From contig NC_043007.1 of NCBI RefSeq assembly GCF_006345805.1, forward strand, positions 5,394,001 to 5,458,000: DNA of 64,000 nt. The letters are read 5' to 3'. The DNA comes from Octopus sinensis (taxonomy: Eukaryota). Positions within the stretch are counted from its first letter, which is position 1. Every line of letters begins with the position of its first letter. The notes under the pieces were generated by a model that saw only the letters and a list, made by a program, of their open reading frames with translations, made no database searches and had not been told where the DNA came from. Positions 52,277-64,000 of the stretch are shown here, in pieces. Both the position numbers and the translations under genes were made by a program.

Positions 52277-54282
52277 GTGTGTGTATGTGTGTGCATTCAA
52301 ACATACATGCGTAGTATAGGCATATGTACATGCATACATGCAGAAATGTATGCATACAATCATTTAAACATACATAATTCCATATATAAAAATATACATA
52401 AATTCATACATACATATATACATACATACATACATACATACATACATACATACATGCATGCATACATACATGCATGCATACATACATGCATACATACATA
52501 CATACATGTATGCATATATACATACATGTATGCATACATACATACATACATACATACATACATACATACATACATACATACATACATACATGCATACATA
52601 AATACATACATACATACATACATACATACATACATACATACATGCATACATACATGCATGCATACATACATACATACATACATACATGCATACATACATA
52701 CATACATACAGGTTAAACGAAATGAATATATTCATGACATCAAAAAAAAAGTTCTGTACAACACAGTTCTCCATTCTGCTAATTAAATCATGATATATTA
52801 ATTTGCAATTTGCTGTTTTTGATTAGGAAGACTTCATTGTAAATTGTTATTAGTTTTTATTTTGACTTTGTCTTTTACAATAATTAATCTCTAGAAAATT
52901 AACAAATTAATATGGTGCCAAAAGATGACATTTCGAATATGTACAGAAATCTATGGATGGCAGTGTTTATGACAGCACCAAAAGGAAGAATTTAGATTTA
53001 CCATTTATAATTTCTGTTGTCTTTCATATTTACCGCGGTGTGTCGAATGTTTGTAAATAAATTTTAGTGGACCATAAACGAAAGGTGATGGAATTTAACG
53101 ATGCGTGATATAACAACAAATTTTAACTTTTATATTTCTTTCTCAGGAGTATTGACAACATCGACATGGAAGATACGACTCGGACATAGGAACTGAAACG
53201 ACTCACTGAGCACGCGGTTTACACACACATTAATTACAAGTCCTACAAAATGAAGAAAAAGCTGTTTATGTCATGTACAGTCAAGAAAAACCGTTCGGTT
53301 ATCACTGCGTCAACATCGCGTAATCTCCCAATTCTCCTTATTTTGATCGTAGGATTCTGCAGTTGTTGCGTCACTGATTGTGGGATCGACCGGCACAGCA
53401 TAACCCCACGGTCTCGTGTGCAACTGCCATAGAAGTGTAGTGGGCAATATAGGCGCGAACCACCTGATTGTAGCCTGTAGTCGCTTCCCTGACCAAAATG
53501 GAGCCGCCACTGGAATTGAAGGCGGTTTTATTGAATTGCCTGTTTCTTTGATGTATCTAAATGTTTGTGCCCCTTTTCTGGGAATGAACGTTTTGTTTGT
53601 TGTTTTGTTTTTCCTTGTTTTGCTTTATCTCGAGATACTCAGTCTGTTTGTCCTTGTTGCTGTTGTTTAACCGCAGGTGGGCTACCAATCTGCCTGGATG
53701 ACCGATGATAAAAGGCAATGTAGCCATGATCCTGCTGTGTTATTCTTTTTCAAACCTCGCTTAATGTGTCCCCCACTTTTCCCATGTTGTTGTTGTTTAA
53801 CCTCAGGCCAACCTTGACCAAGGAGATTAACGAGGAAAGATGCTCTACCATTCAATCTGTTTTTCGTTTTTAGAATTACAACTAGGATTTCATTAACCAC
53901 TTTGTCTTTCTTTTACTATAAAGCGTTAGAATATGATTTGAAGAAGATTAAGCAACTTTTTCTAGCACACTGGGTGACTAAATAAAGGCTTCCTCATTCA
54001 CAATTTTAGGGGATTTTGTATTGTTCATGCTTAATCTCAAGTCGCCATCCAACATCTAACGACATCTTACATACGAGTATCCCGCTATTTTTCTCAAGTA
54101 AAGGATATTAAGTAACAGGGGGGAAAGGCATCTCAGCTTCCTCCACGTTAATGGATAAATGATGAAATGTATAGATTTTGGATTGGAGATTTGCATATAG
54201 CTGGAGTAGAACAACTGCTTCTTTGACTAAAAGCCTATTCCGTTTCTGACCATTCTATTTCTGACTATTTGTCCGTGAAATA

Positions 54283-55488
54283 TGTGTAACCTATTCGTCA
54301 GCAAGACAGGCTGAATTTAGTCAAGGTATGTGTAGGGCAACAAAATAAGGGCTTATATAATCAGACTTATGTATGTATGGTTACAAGTGAAAAACCGGAA
54401 AATGATAACATTCACATTTCATTTGTAAAATAGGCGGGAGCTGTTAGAATTGTTAGCAGGCCGGACAAGATGCTTAGCGGCATTTCGTCCGTCTTCTTGT
54501 TCTGAGCTCGACTCTGGCTTTCATCTTTTTGGGGTCGATAAAATAAGTACCAGCTGTGTACTTGGGTCGAGGTAATCGACTTATCCCATTCCTCGAAATT
54601 ACTGTCCCTCAGCCAAAATTTGAATTAAGGCAGAGAGCTAGGAGAATCGTTAGCGCGGTAGATAAAATGCTTAGCAGCATTCCTTTCGGCTCCTTACGTT
54701 CTGAGTTCAAATTCCGCCGAGATAGACTTTGCCTTTCATCATTTCGAGGTTAATGAAATATAATGTCAGTCAAGTACTGGGATTACTGTGACCAACAAGC
54801 CCCCGCTTCCTCACCAAATTACAAGCCTTGTGTTTGTAGTTGAAGGAATTATTATTATTCGCAGAGAAATGTGAGGTCAGGGAAAGAAAGAGAGAGATAG
54901 AAAAAGAGAGAGGGCAGAAAGAAAAAGAGTAAAGGAGAGAGAGAAAGAGAAAGAGCAAGAGAGAGAGGAAGAGAAAGTGAGAGAAGGAGAGAGAGAAAGA
55001 GAAAGAGAGAGAGAAGGAGAGAGGTGGTGCAGTCTGATGTTTCTTGAAAAGTGGATGAGAATGGTAAAAGTCTGAATGGGTCTAAATGGTTCCACTCTTT
55101 TGGAAATGAAACTGAAGAAGGGCACTTTCACAACCTTGGAGGCGGAAGAGTAATCGGAACCTTATGGGAGAGTTTCCCCCCGAATTACCCTCGATAGACT
55201 CCGACCGCCCCCATTGGCAATTTTACTTATTTTTCTGATTTCTATTTTTATTTCCTTTCTTTTATCTTTATTTTTGACGATTTCCCTTTTATCAAAGTAA
55301 ATCTTACCTTTTTGCATTTAGTATTTCGTCCTTTGGTATTTCTCTCAATGTCTTGGGTCCTATCCTTTCGGGGTCGATAAATTAAGTACCAGTGAAACAC
55401 TGGGGTCGATGAAATCGACTTAATCCGCTCCCCCAAGCTGCCCTTGTGGCAAAAATTTGAAATCCTCCTCCTCCTCCTCCTCCTCCTC

Positions 55489-55546
<58 letters not shown>

Positions 55547-57304
55547 TATTATTATTATATTATTATTATTATTATTGTGGCGTGCTGGCTGAATTGTTAG
55601 CACGCCGGCAGAATGCTTTGCGGTATTTTGTCTGTCTTTACGTTCTGAGTTCAAATTCCGTCGTGGTTGACTTTGCCTTTCATCCTTTCAGGGTCAATAA
55701 AATATAAATCAGTTGAGCACTGAGATCGATGGAATCGATTAACCCCCTCCCTCAAAATTTCAGGCCTTGTGCCTTTAGTAGAAAGGATTATTATTATTAT
55801 TATTATGAAGTCGGTTATCTGTCAGAATCATTTGCACCCGGATAAAATGCTTAGCGGTTTTCCTTCCCGCTTTGGGTTCCAAACTTCACCTATGTCGATC
55901 TTATTTTTTTCGTCCTTTCGGGGTTGATAATTATAAAGTTCCACTCAAATCTCTTGTGCTGAAATAAGCTTCAGGTTTGTATTATGTATCTCTATGTCTT
56001 TCTTTAAAACATTTCCAATGTGCCTATTATGATAGAGTCTGTTTCTATTTAAGGACCCCATATTTACTTTACTTCCTGTTTATTTTTTTGTGCTTTACCA
56101 GGGACCATTTACACACACAATGAAACGATGTTACAAAAGGCATTACAAAAACGCAGAGCTGAATAAAATAGTTATAAAAAAAAAACCCCGAAAAAGGCCA
56201 GAATCAAAGATGTTTCACAGTATATTCAAACGTTATAAATTGTTTTTAATTGTGCCAAAAATTAACTAAATTATATAAGCACACAATGTAATTAAATGTG
56301 ACATAATTGAAAACAGTGGAAACCAACAAGGGCTTCGTATCAACACACAGGTGACATGCCAAATCCTCGCTTGGCTCAGAGTAACCCCAGAACTATGTCT
56401 TAGTACTCCTCTCATATTGGATTAACCATTTTCGGCATCGGGAAAAGTAAATAGCATCCAACAACCTTAGAGATTTACTATTTCGTGATCTAATTGGCCA
56501 TTAGTCTTATCCTCACCAATATTCCTTTATCCAGAGTTTTGTTTCATTAAATCCTGTCTTAATTACCGTCTTTGTAATCTCAATCATCCCAGTACGTAGC
56601 TTTGTTTGCATGGAAATCGGTTTTTAAAAAGTCTTTTAGTCAAGAATGTTTCCGAGACTTGTGGGAAAGAGGAAAAATATATATTCAAACAGGAAACCTG
56701 GCTTGAAGGGAGGGTGGCGCTGGTGCCCAGTACGCAAAGTGGCAGGAACTGAGAGAATAAGATTGTAAATTTAATCTAGATTGAGCGGAAGATGGAAGGG
56801 AATTGGTAGCTGGCATCACTGGAATGGTAACAGACCGAGATGAACAGAGGTTCCTGATAGTGACAGGGATATCTAGGAGGCTAACGGAGACATCAGATTC
56901 AGTAGATGGGAATTCTATATCCTTTTGTCCACCGTGTTAACGATTCGCCTTGATCTCTGCCTTAATTCAAATTTTGGCAGTGTCAGTAATATCGGGGAAG
57001 GGATAAGTCGATTACCTCGACCCCAGTACACAACTGGTACTTATTTTATCGACCCCAAAAAGATGAAAGCCAGAGTCGAGCTCAGAACGTGAAGACGGAC
57101 GAAATGCCGCTAAGCATCTTGTCCGGCCTGCTAACGATTCTGCCAGTTTCCGCCTATTTTACTTATGAAATGTGAATATTATCCTTTTCAGATTATTCAC
57201 TTGTAACCATACATACATAAGTCTGATTATATAAGCCATTATTTTGTTCCCCTACGCATACCTTGACTAAATTCAGCCTGTCTTGCTGACAAATAGGTTA
57301 CACA
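54283..57304. repeat. Inverted duplication: arms 54283-54636 and 56954-57304, spacer ~2.3 kb
   Basis: tgtgtaacctatt.gtcagcaagacaggctgaatttagtcaaggtatg is reverse-complementary to cataccttgactaaattcagcctgtcttgctgac.aataggttacaca. The match includes unique flank and a SINE with a shared deletion. Confidence 0.92.
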
Positions 57305-57833
57305 GAAGATAATACTAAAGATGGGGCTATCTAGTTACAGTCCGTTATAGGTGGATGGCCTGGTATGTTGGTCAGTATAACGACTGGTATAGATCTGAGG
57401 TGGATGAAATGAACTGGAACGAAAATTTGTCTCTCAATGTAAATTTCAAAGAGATGTACACAGTTTGGGGGCCTCTTCATGCCCAAAGCAACCAAAAGAG
57501 ACAAGACAACTGAGTACAAGGGCTTGCTGGGGAAAGGGGACGGTGTTGGATTAGATCAGGGGCGGCTTAGGAAGTGCTAGCCCTTTGTTGTGAGGATACA
57601 AAGGGGGAAGTAGATTAGAAAATGGAGACGGGAAACACGACCAAAGACATTATGTAGAATGCAGTTGACCGTGATTGTTTAGTGCAGAGATCTCTTTGGT
57701 CGTTATTATTCGAGGTAAACGAGACACGGTACTCTATCTATAATTGGATTTTTGGGAAAAAAAATCCGAGGAGAAATATGAATTTTGTTTTTATTTTTGA
57801 AATGGTGGTAGATATTAGAAAAAAGGACGGGGG

Positions 57834-57865
<32 letters not shown>

Positions 57866-58628
57866 CAGAAAAACTCGATGGCTGTAATAACTGGCTTCAG
57901 AAAAGATGGTGCTATCTTGTATGTGGGATTGAAGGCCATAGAAGTTCATCACCAATGCCTGTAGGCATGGAAGAAGAAGAAGAAGAAGAGAAGAAGAAGA
58001 AGAAGAAGAAGAAGAAGAAGAAGAAGAAGAAGAAGAAGAAGAAGAAGAAGAAGAAGAAGAAGAAGAAGAAGAAGAAGAAGAAACGGTAGAGTGGCAGAAC
58101 AACTTTCTCGTGGTATTTAGTTACATTTCTTTACATTTCAGTTCGAATCCTACCAAAGCATTCTTTGTGTTTCCTCCATCTGGGGTCAATAAAATAAAGA
58201 CTTGTCTGAAGGAAAGTCTGGTAAATCAATTGTGCTCTGTAAAACTTTGTAGCCTTTTACCAATCTAAATAATAATTATTTATTAATGAGTTAGAGAAAA
58301 AAAATCGGAAATGTTGAAATGAATTACCGGAATCATCAAGCATCGGAAAAAAATAACCTGTAATTGCTCCGACTCTTTACGTCTTGAATTCAAATCTCAT
58401 TATATTCAGCTTTGGCTTTCATTCTTTCGGAAATTCATAAAACAAATTACTAGTCATGTACTGGAGTCGCTTTAACCAACTAACATCACCCATGAAGGTT
58501 TCAAATTTCTGGTCTTGCGGCTATTAGGAAACCCCACCCCAGCCAATTAGGGAAGATATCTGCGGTCTGTGTCGGCTACAAGTTGTCAGTATATATTTGT
58601 AAAACGCATTTGCATCGGGAAGATAGTT

Positions 58629-58661
58629 TCTGATGTTTCACACGGATACTCTCATCAGAGA
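58629..58661 (-). ncRNA. Decayed minimal hammerhead motif (Penelope-type)
   Basis: Minus strand tct-CTGATGA-gagtatccgtgt-GAAAC-ATC|aga. Stem I tct/aga; stems II and III are imperfect. Confidence 0.4.
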
Positions 58662-58781
58662 AAGACAATTGCCTATTAATATATATATATATATATATAT
58701 GTATGTATACCGGAGTAAATACGTAAATGTGAAACATGGTGGAAAAAAGAGTACTCAAATACCAGAGGAAGAGTAACAAAA

Positions 58782-58819
58782 CTGTCCGACGAACGAGAAC
58801 GTGAAACTCCAAGTAACAG
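58782..58819 (+). ncRNA. Type I hammerhead motif with U4C core variant
   Basis: ctgt-CCGACGA-acg-agaa-cgt-GAAA-ct-cca-ag-TA|acag. All three stems pair. It lies in a (TA)n-flanked insert at about 58705-58851. Confidence 0.65.
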
Positions 58820-59411
58820 CTTTTGTTAAATTTCTGCTGCTTTTAAATAAATTATATATATATATATATACACACACTTGTATACATACATACCTATATA
58901 TGTGTGTGTATGTGTATGCTTACACACGCGCACGCACACGCACACACACAGATATGCGTTTGAATTCACCAAGGGGTAAACTTTTATTCGGTAGACATAA
59001 TGGTGCATTTATTAGTTTAAAACGGATGATTCACTCCGTTGCTACACGGGTTTTATCGCCACACGTAATCCTTCAAAGCAAAAAAAAAAAAAATAGTCGA
59101 GTCATTTCTTTGTCAATTGAAAGATTGCACGAAGCAAGAATCCCTGAAAAGCAACCGGAACAATCGCAGACTTCACACGAATATAACCACGTGCTAATGT
59201 CTGTCTGTCTGTCTGTATGAATGGTTATCCGAAGACCTTGTGAGGAGACTTTATTATTTTGCTCAACTTGCATTTAGTTGGAAGTCAGTAAGGGCTGACT
59301 CCTTAAAGTAAAAGACTATGGAAATGGACTTTTGGCTCTCTACAAACCCCAATTTGGCAGATAACTTCTTCATTCTTTGTTCTTTGCTGCATTAAATTCA
59401 ATATGGGAGAT

Positions 59412-59570
59412 TTAAGCTTCAGTCGGAGAAGCGGGCAATATACCATGGAGCTTCATATACGACAGGAACTGTTCTGGAATTTCAGCCAAGACTTCTTTAG
59501 CAAGGTATGCTTGACTGACGTGCATGCGGCTCCCATATTGACCACCGAGGAAATCTCGGAATGGAACAAA
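59412..59570 (-). CDS. CPNE: Copine, terminal coding exon (CPNE5/8/9-like C-terminus)
   Basis: tttttctttcctcag|FVPFRDFLGGQYGSRMHVSQAYLAKEVLAEIPEQFLSYMKLHGILPASPTEA*. 159 nt, phase 0. Possible AATAAA on the minus strand at about 59250-59255. Confidence 0.95.
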   Translation of the reverse strand, partial: FVPFRDFLGGQYGSRMHVSQAYLAKEVLAEIPEQFLSYMKLHGILPASPTEA

Positions 59571-60564
59571 CTGAGGAAAGAAAAATACGGAAACAAAAAT
59601 GTTTAAAAAATAAGAAAATAATTAAAGGAGTAATAAAGCAAACATTTAAGAGCAGAAAGAAGAATGACTGCAAAAAAATAAATAAAACAGTAATGATGGC
59701 AAAATATGTGGTGGATCTCCGTCGTTTGACGACGAGAATTCAGTTGTGTAATAAAATGAATTATTTGTTCCCGAATAAATGTTAACGTGGTTGAGTGTCT
59801 CATAGACATGTGATACCTTATCGTAATTCTCAGGCAGAATCAGAGTGGCGCAGTCTGGGACAATGCTGTCCCTTTGGAATTACGGGCAAAATCCACACGT
59901 TAGGATTCTTTATAGTTTCCGTCTCCCTTGTTTCACTTATAGCATATAGGATGATCCGAGATTATAGAAGATTATGACATTGGCCGAAAAAACGAAAGCT
60001 CGTGCGAGTCATTTGACTTGTGTCTTTTTTTGGATTCCTTTCCTAGCACCAATCATTATAAAGAAACTGTAGTGGGTGCAGTTTATCGTGGAATCAACAC
60101 TACAGGGTTTATTGTGGCCCTCGACATGATGAAACTAACTCTTAACCCTACGTTGTCGATGCCCATAATTATAGTTAAGTGAAACGGGGCCAAGAATAGG
60201 TTTAATGTATTTGCCAAAGCGCACAGTTGGTTACACGACTCAGAATGTTAACTCTTCAGCTATTAATCTTATCGTCGACTCAGTTCTATTACTTTAGCTC
60301 CTAAAATAAAAATAAAAATAGGTTCTAAAAGCAAAATCCAAATTATATTACATCAATAAACGGACTTGAAACAGAATTAGATAAAAAAAAGAGAATGATG
60401 TTTCGGCGTTTGCTGTAATATCTTGTCTCAAAGAAATTTATCTTAATATGTTAAAATTACAGAGATCACTCAGAAAGTCGTCGGCGGTAATCCCTGCTTT
60501 TAACGCACAAATTCTCTGAAGACGAGGTTTTGAGACAAAATATTTGTTGTCTGCGTTAGTGTGC

Positions 60565-61518
60565 GTATGTATGTATGTATGTATGTGTGTATGTATGTAT
60601 GTATGTATGTATGTATGTATGTATGTATGTATGTATGTATGTATTGTATGTATGTATTTATGTATGTATGTATGTATGTATGTATTGTATGTATGTATGT
60701 ATGTATGTATGTATTGTATGTATGCATGTATGTATGTATTTATGTATGTATGTATGTATGTATTGTATGTATGTATTTATGTATGTATTGTATGTATGTA
60801 TGTATGTATGTATTTATGTATGTATTGTATGTATCTATGTATGTATTGTATGTATGTATGTATGTATGTATTGTATGTATGTATGTATTGTATGTATGTA
60901 TTGTATGTATGTATGTATGTATGTATTTATGTATGTATTGTATGTATCTATGTATGTATTGTATGTATGTATGTATGTATGTATTGTATGTATGTATGTA
61001 TTGTATGTATGTATGTATGTATGTATGTATGTATTTATGTATGTATTGTATGTATCTATGTATGTATTGTATGTATGTATGTATGTATGTATTGTATGTA
61101 TGTATGTATTGTATGTATGTATTGTATGTATGTATGTATTGTATGTATGTATGTATGTATGTATTGTATGTATGTATGTATGTATGTATGTATTGTATGT
61201 ATGTATTGTATGTATGTATGTATGTATGTATTGTATGTATGTATGTATTGTATGTATGTATTGTATGTATGTATGTATTGTATGTATGTATGTATGTATG
61301 TATTGTATGTATGTATTGTATGTATGTATGTATGTATTGTATGTATGTATGTATGTATGTATGTATGTATGTATGTATTGTATGTATGTATGTATGTATG
61401 TATATATGTATGTATTGTATGTATGTATGTATGTATTGTGTGTATGTATGTATGTATTGTATGTATGTATGTATGTATTGTATGTATGTATGTATTGTAT
61501 GTATGTATGTATTGTATG

Positions 61519-61552
<34 letters not shown>

Positions 61553-62280
61553 TGTATTGTATGTATGTATTGTATGTATGTATGTATTGTGTGTATGTAT
61601 GTATGTATTGTATGTATGTATGCATGTATTGTATGTATGTATGTATTGTATGTATGTATGTATGTATTGTATGTATGTATGTATGTATGTATGTATGTAT
61701 TGTATGTATGTATGTATTGTATGTATGTATATATGTATATATGTATGTATGTGTATGTATGTGTGTATGTATGCATGCATATGTGTATGTATGTATGTAT
61801 GTATGCATGTATGCATGTATGTATGTATGTATGCATGCATGTATGTGTGTATGTATGTATGCATGTATGTATGTACGTATGTATGTATATATGTATGTAT
61901 GTATGTATGTGTATGTATGTGTTTATGTATGCAGGCATATGTGTATGTATGTATGTATGTATGTATGTATGTATGTATGTATGCATGTATGCATGTATGT
62001 ATGTATGCATGCATGTATGTGTGTATGTATGTATGCATGTCTGTATGTACGTATGTATGTATATATGTATGTATCCATGTATGTATGTATGTATGCATGT
62101 ATGTTTGCATGCATACATGTATGTATGTATGCATGTATGTATGTATGTATGCATGTTTGTATGTATGTATGTATGCATGTTTGTATGTATGTATGTATGC
62201 ATGTTTGTATGTATGCATGTATGTATGCATGTTTGCATGTATGTATGTATGCATGTATGTATGTTTGTATGCATGTATAT
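60565..62280. repeat. ~1.7 kb compound (TATG)n satellite in the last copine intron
   Basis: Direct reading; variant units TATTG, TATT, TATC, TGCA and TTTG. Confidence 0.97.
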
Positions 62281-62320
62281 TATCATTTCAAGGTGTAATG
62301 TTCCCATAATAGACATTTAC

Positions 62321-62394
62321 CTGAACAATATCCCTTTGGGCTGCCAGTTGTCCGGAATGCAGCAGACCATCATCAGAGTCCAAAATATTCATTG
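62321..62394 (-). CDS. CPNE: Copine, penultimate coding exon
   Basis: ttcattccatag|CA+[24 protein letters not shown]|gtaaat. 74 nt. Phase joins the previous exon (G+CA=Ala). Carries copine motifs M..LD.DD and RDIVQ. Confidence 0.93.
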
Positions 62395-62537
62395 CTATGG
62401 AATGAAAATGAAATTAAGGATTATTAATCTGTTTTACTTTATCAATCCCAACATAACCCTTTATTTCTTTATCATCAATGCATCTCTTACCCTAACGTTA
62501 TTCTGCATCATTATTACACACTGAGCTTATCTTAAAA

Positions 62538-62849
62538 TAATTACTTGTAGGGACACCGTGTTTTGTTATGCAACCATGATATTCTACAAAGTATATTAAA
62601 TGCTTTATAATTCAATACCGTGTCCTACTGTGTTAGTAGTGCTATTAAATCCTACTGTGTTAGCAGTGCTATTAAATCATTCGTTGAGGTTATCTCTACA
62701 GATTTTCTATATAGAGAGACATAACCTTAACAGATGATTTAATAGCACTGCTAAGTCAATAGGACACAGTATTGACTTATAAAGCGTTTAATGTACTTTG
62801 TGGAATATTATGGTTGCATAAAGAAATACAGTGTCCCTACAAGTAATTA
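62538..62849. repeat. ~310 bp fold-back (MITE-like) in a copine intron
   Basis: taattacttgtagggacac...tatgcaaccat.atatt pairs with aatattatggttgcata...gtgtccctacaagtaatta. The left arm has a 27-bp tandem duplication cctactgtgttag.agtgctattaaat. Confidence 0.9.
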
Positions 62850-63642
62850 ACATGAGCGTACCAGTTGCCAAGAATGTGTTTAATAATGTAAAATTGATGT
62901 ATCCTCTAAGGTTACAACGATACGTTTCGTGGTAATTTAAGCAATCAGCTCGCGGTTGTTTAATCGGTTGGATGCGACACTGAAGAAGGATCAACAACTC
63001 TTGAAATATCCATATACACTCATTACCTATTTCTCTATCTGCGATCGCATTGTTGTTTACAGTAGACTCATTCGCATACGAAACGTCGTAAGAAACCAGT
63101 TCTGACTATAATTTCTATAATTTAACATCTTAAAATATTTAAATATTTCAAAGAGCGAAATGGAGGATGACAATCGGGAGACTGAAAGAAAACAATTCGG
63201 CCGGACTCCGATCCACGACTGTTCTTTGATTATTTCACTCCTGTTGATGAGGGAATCACTCGAATCAACCAGCAACAGGAGTGAAATAGATTTTTACATT
63301 GTTTGGTTCAGCTTCAGACACCATACTAGAAGACATTTGACGAAGATGCTGTGCAGAGAGCTTGAACCCGGTACAACGTCGTCTCAAACCGAACAAATTA
63401 ACCCCGCAGCCCAGCTCGCAGCCTTCATAGTCATCATCATCATCATCATCGACATTACACCACTACCCCTACCCTCCACCACCACCACCACCTCCTCCTC
63501 CTCATCATCATCATCACCACCTCTGCTGCCACTACCATCTGCTTCTTCCTCCTTCTCTTCCTCCGCTACATCATCATCATTGGTGTTATCACCGTTGCTG
63601 GCATTGCCAGATTATCACGATAATGACGATGATGATGATGAT

Positions 63643-63694
<52 letters not shown>

Positions 63695-63816
63695 ACTTAT
63701 ATTCCCCAGAGTTACCATAAGTAGCTAAATTTGAGTTATTTTTCAAAATGTTAACACTAAGATTAACCCTCACTTCTCTGAAAAACTGAAACGAAAGGGA
63801 AAACGCTGGCACCTAC

Positions 63817-63874
63817 CTTCAAAATCCGCACTCCCTACTCCGACAATTATAATCGACATTGGCAAGTAGGAAGC
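63817..63874 (-). CDS. CPNE: Copine (C2/vWA Ca2+-dependent phospholipid-binding protein), third-last coding exon
   Basis: tttcctttcccag|[19 protein letters not shown]+G|gtaggt. 58 nt, ends in phase 1. Hallmark copine vWA motif [11 protein letters not shown]. Confidence 0.93.
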
Positions 63875-64000
63875 CTGGGAAAGGAAAGACATACATTTCA
63901 GAGAATTCTCTTCAACTTTGCAACAATCTCTAAAGAAATATAAGATCAAGATTATGAAGCAATATAAACGAGCAGGCTTTTTGATAATAAGATGAATCTG

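Noticed and set aside
60544-62524. 500-650 aa ORFs (MYVC/HTYI repeats) and similar poly-H, poly-S, poly-E and YI ORFs across the window
   Set aside because: They are translations of microsatellites that lack stops; this one lies largely in a copine intron.
62980-63010. Hammerhead-like CTGAAGA-agga...tctt-GAAATATC
   Set aside because: No contiguous stem I; at best a relic.

Overview
AT-rich, microsatellite-laden eukaryotic DNA, most likely from an octopod cephalopod (inferred from the SINE/LINE families and repeat load). Two host genes are supportable, both on the minus strand. One is a divergent rhodopsin-class GPCR with a single coding exon (1481-2704). The other is the last three coding exons of a copine gene (63874-63817, 62394-62321, 59570-59412), which the ORF track misses. 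The rest is mostly transposon debris: tRNA-derived SINEs, R4/Dong, RTE, CR1-group, Tx1 and Hero LINE fragments, two Tc1/mariner fossils and several MITEs. Nearly all other ORFs in the track are translations of simple repeats. The most unusual signal is a set of short non-coding inserts in or beside (TA)n tracts that carry hammerhead-ribozyme motifs, some with variant cores (CCGACGA, TTGAAAG). Two of these are long palindromes that place a hammerhead on both strands, resembling Penelope-derived, retrozyme-like mini-elements. The window also has many long fold-back inverted repeats. All calls were made by eye; no database search or folding computation was run.
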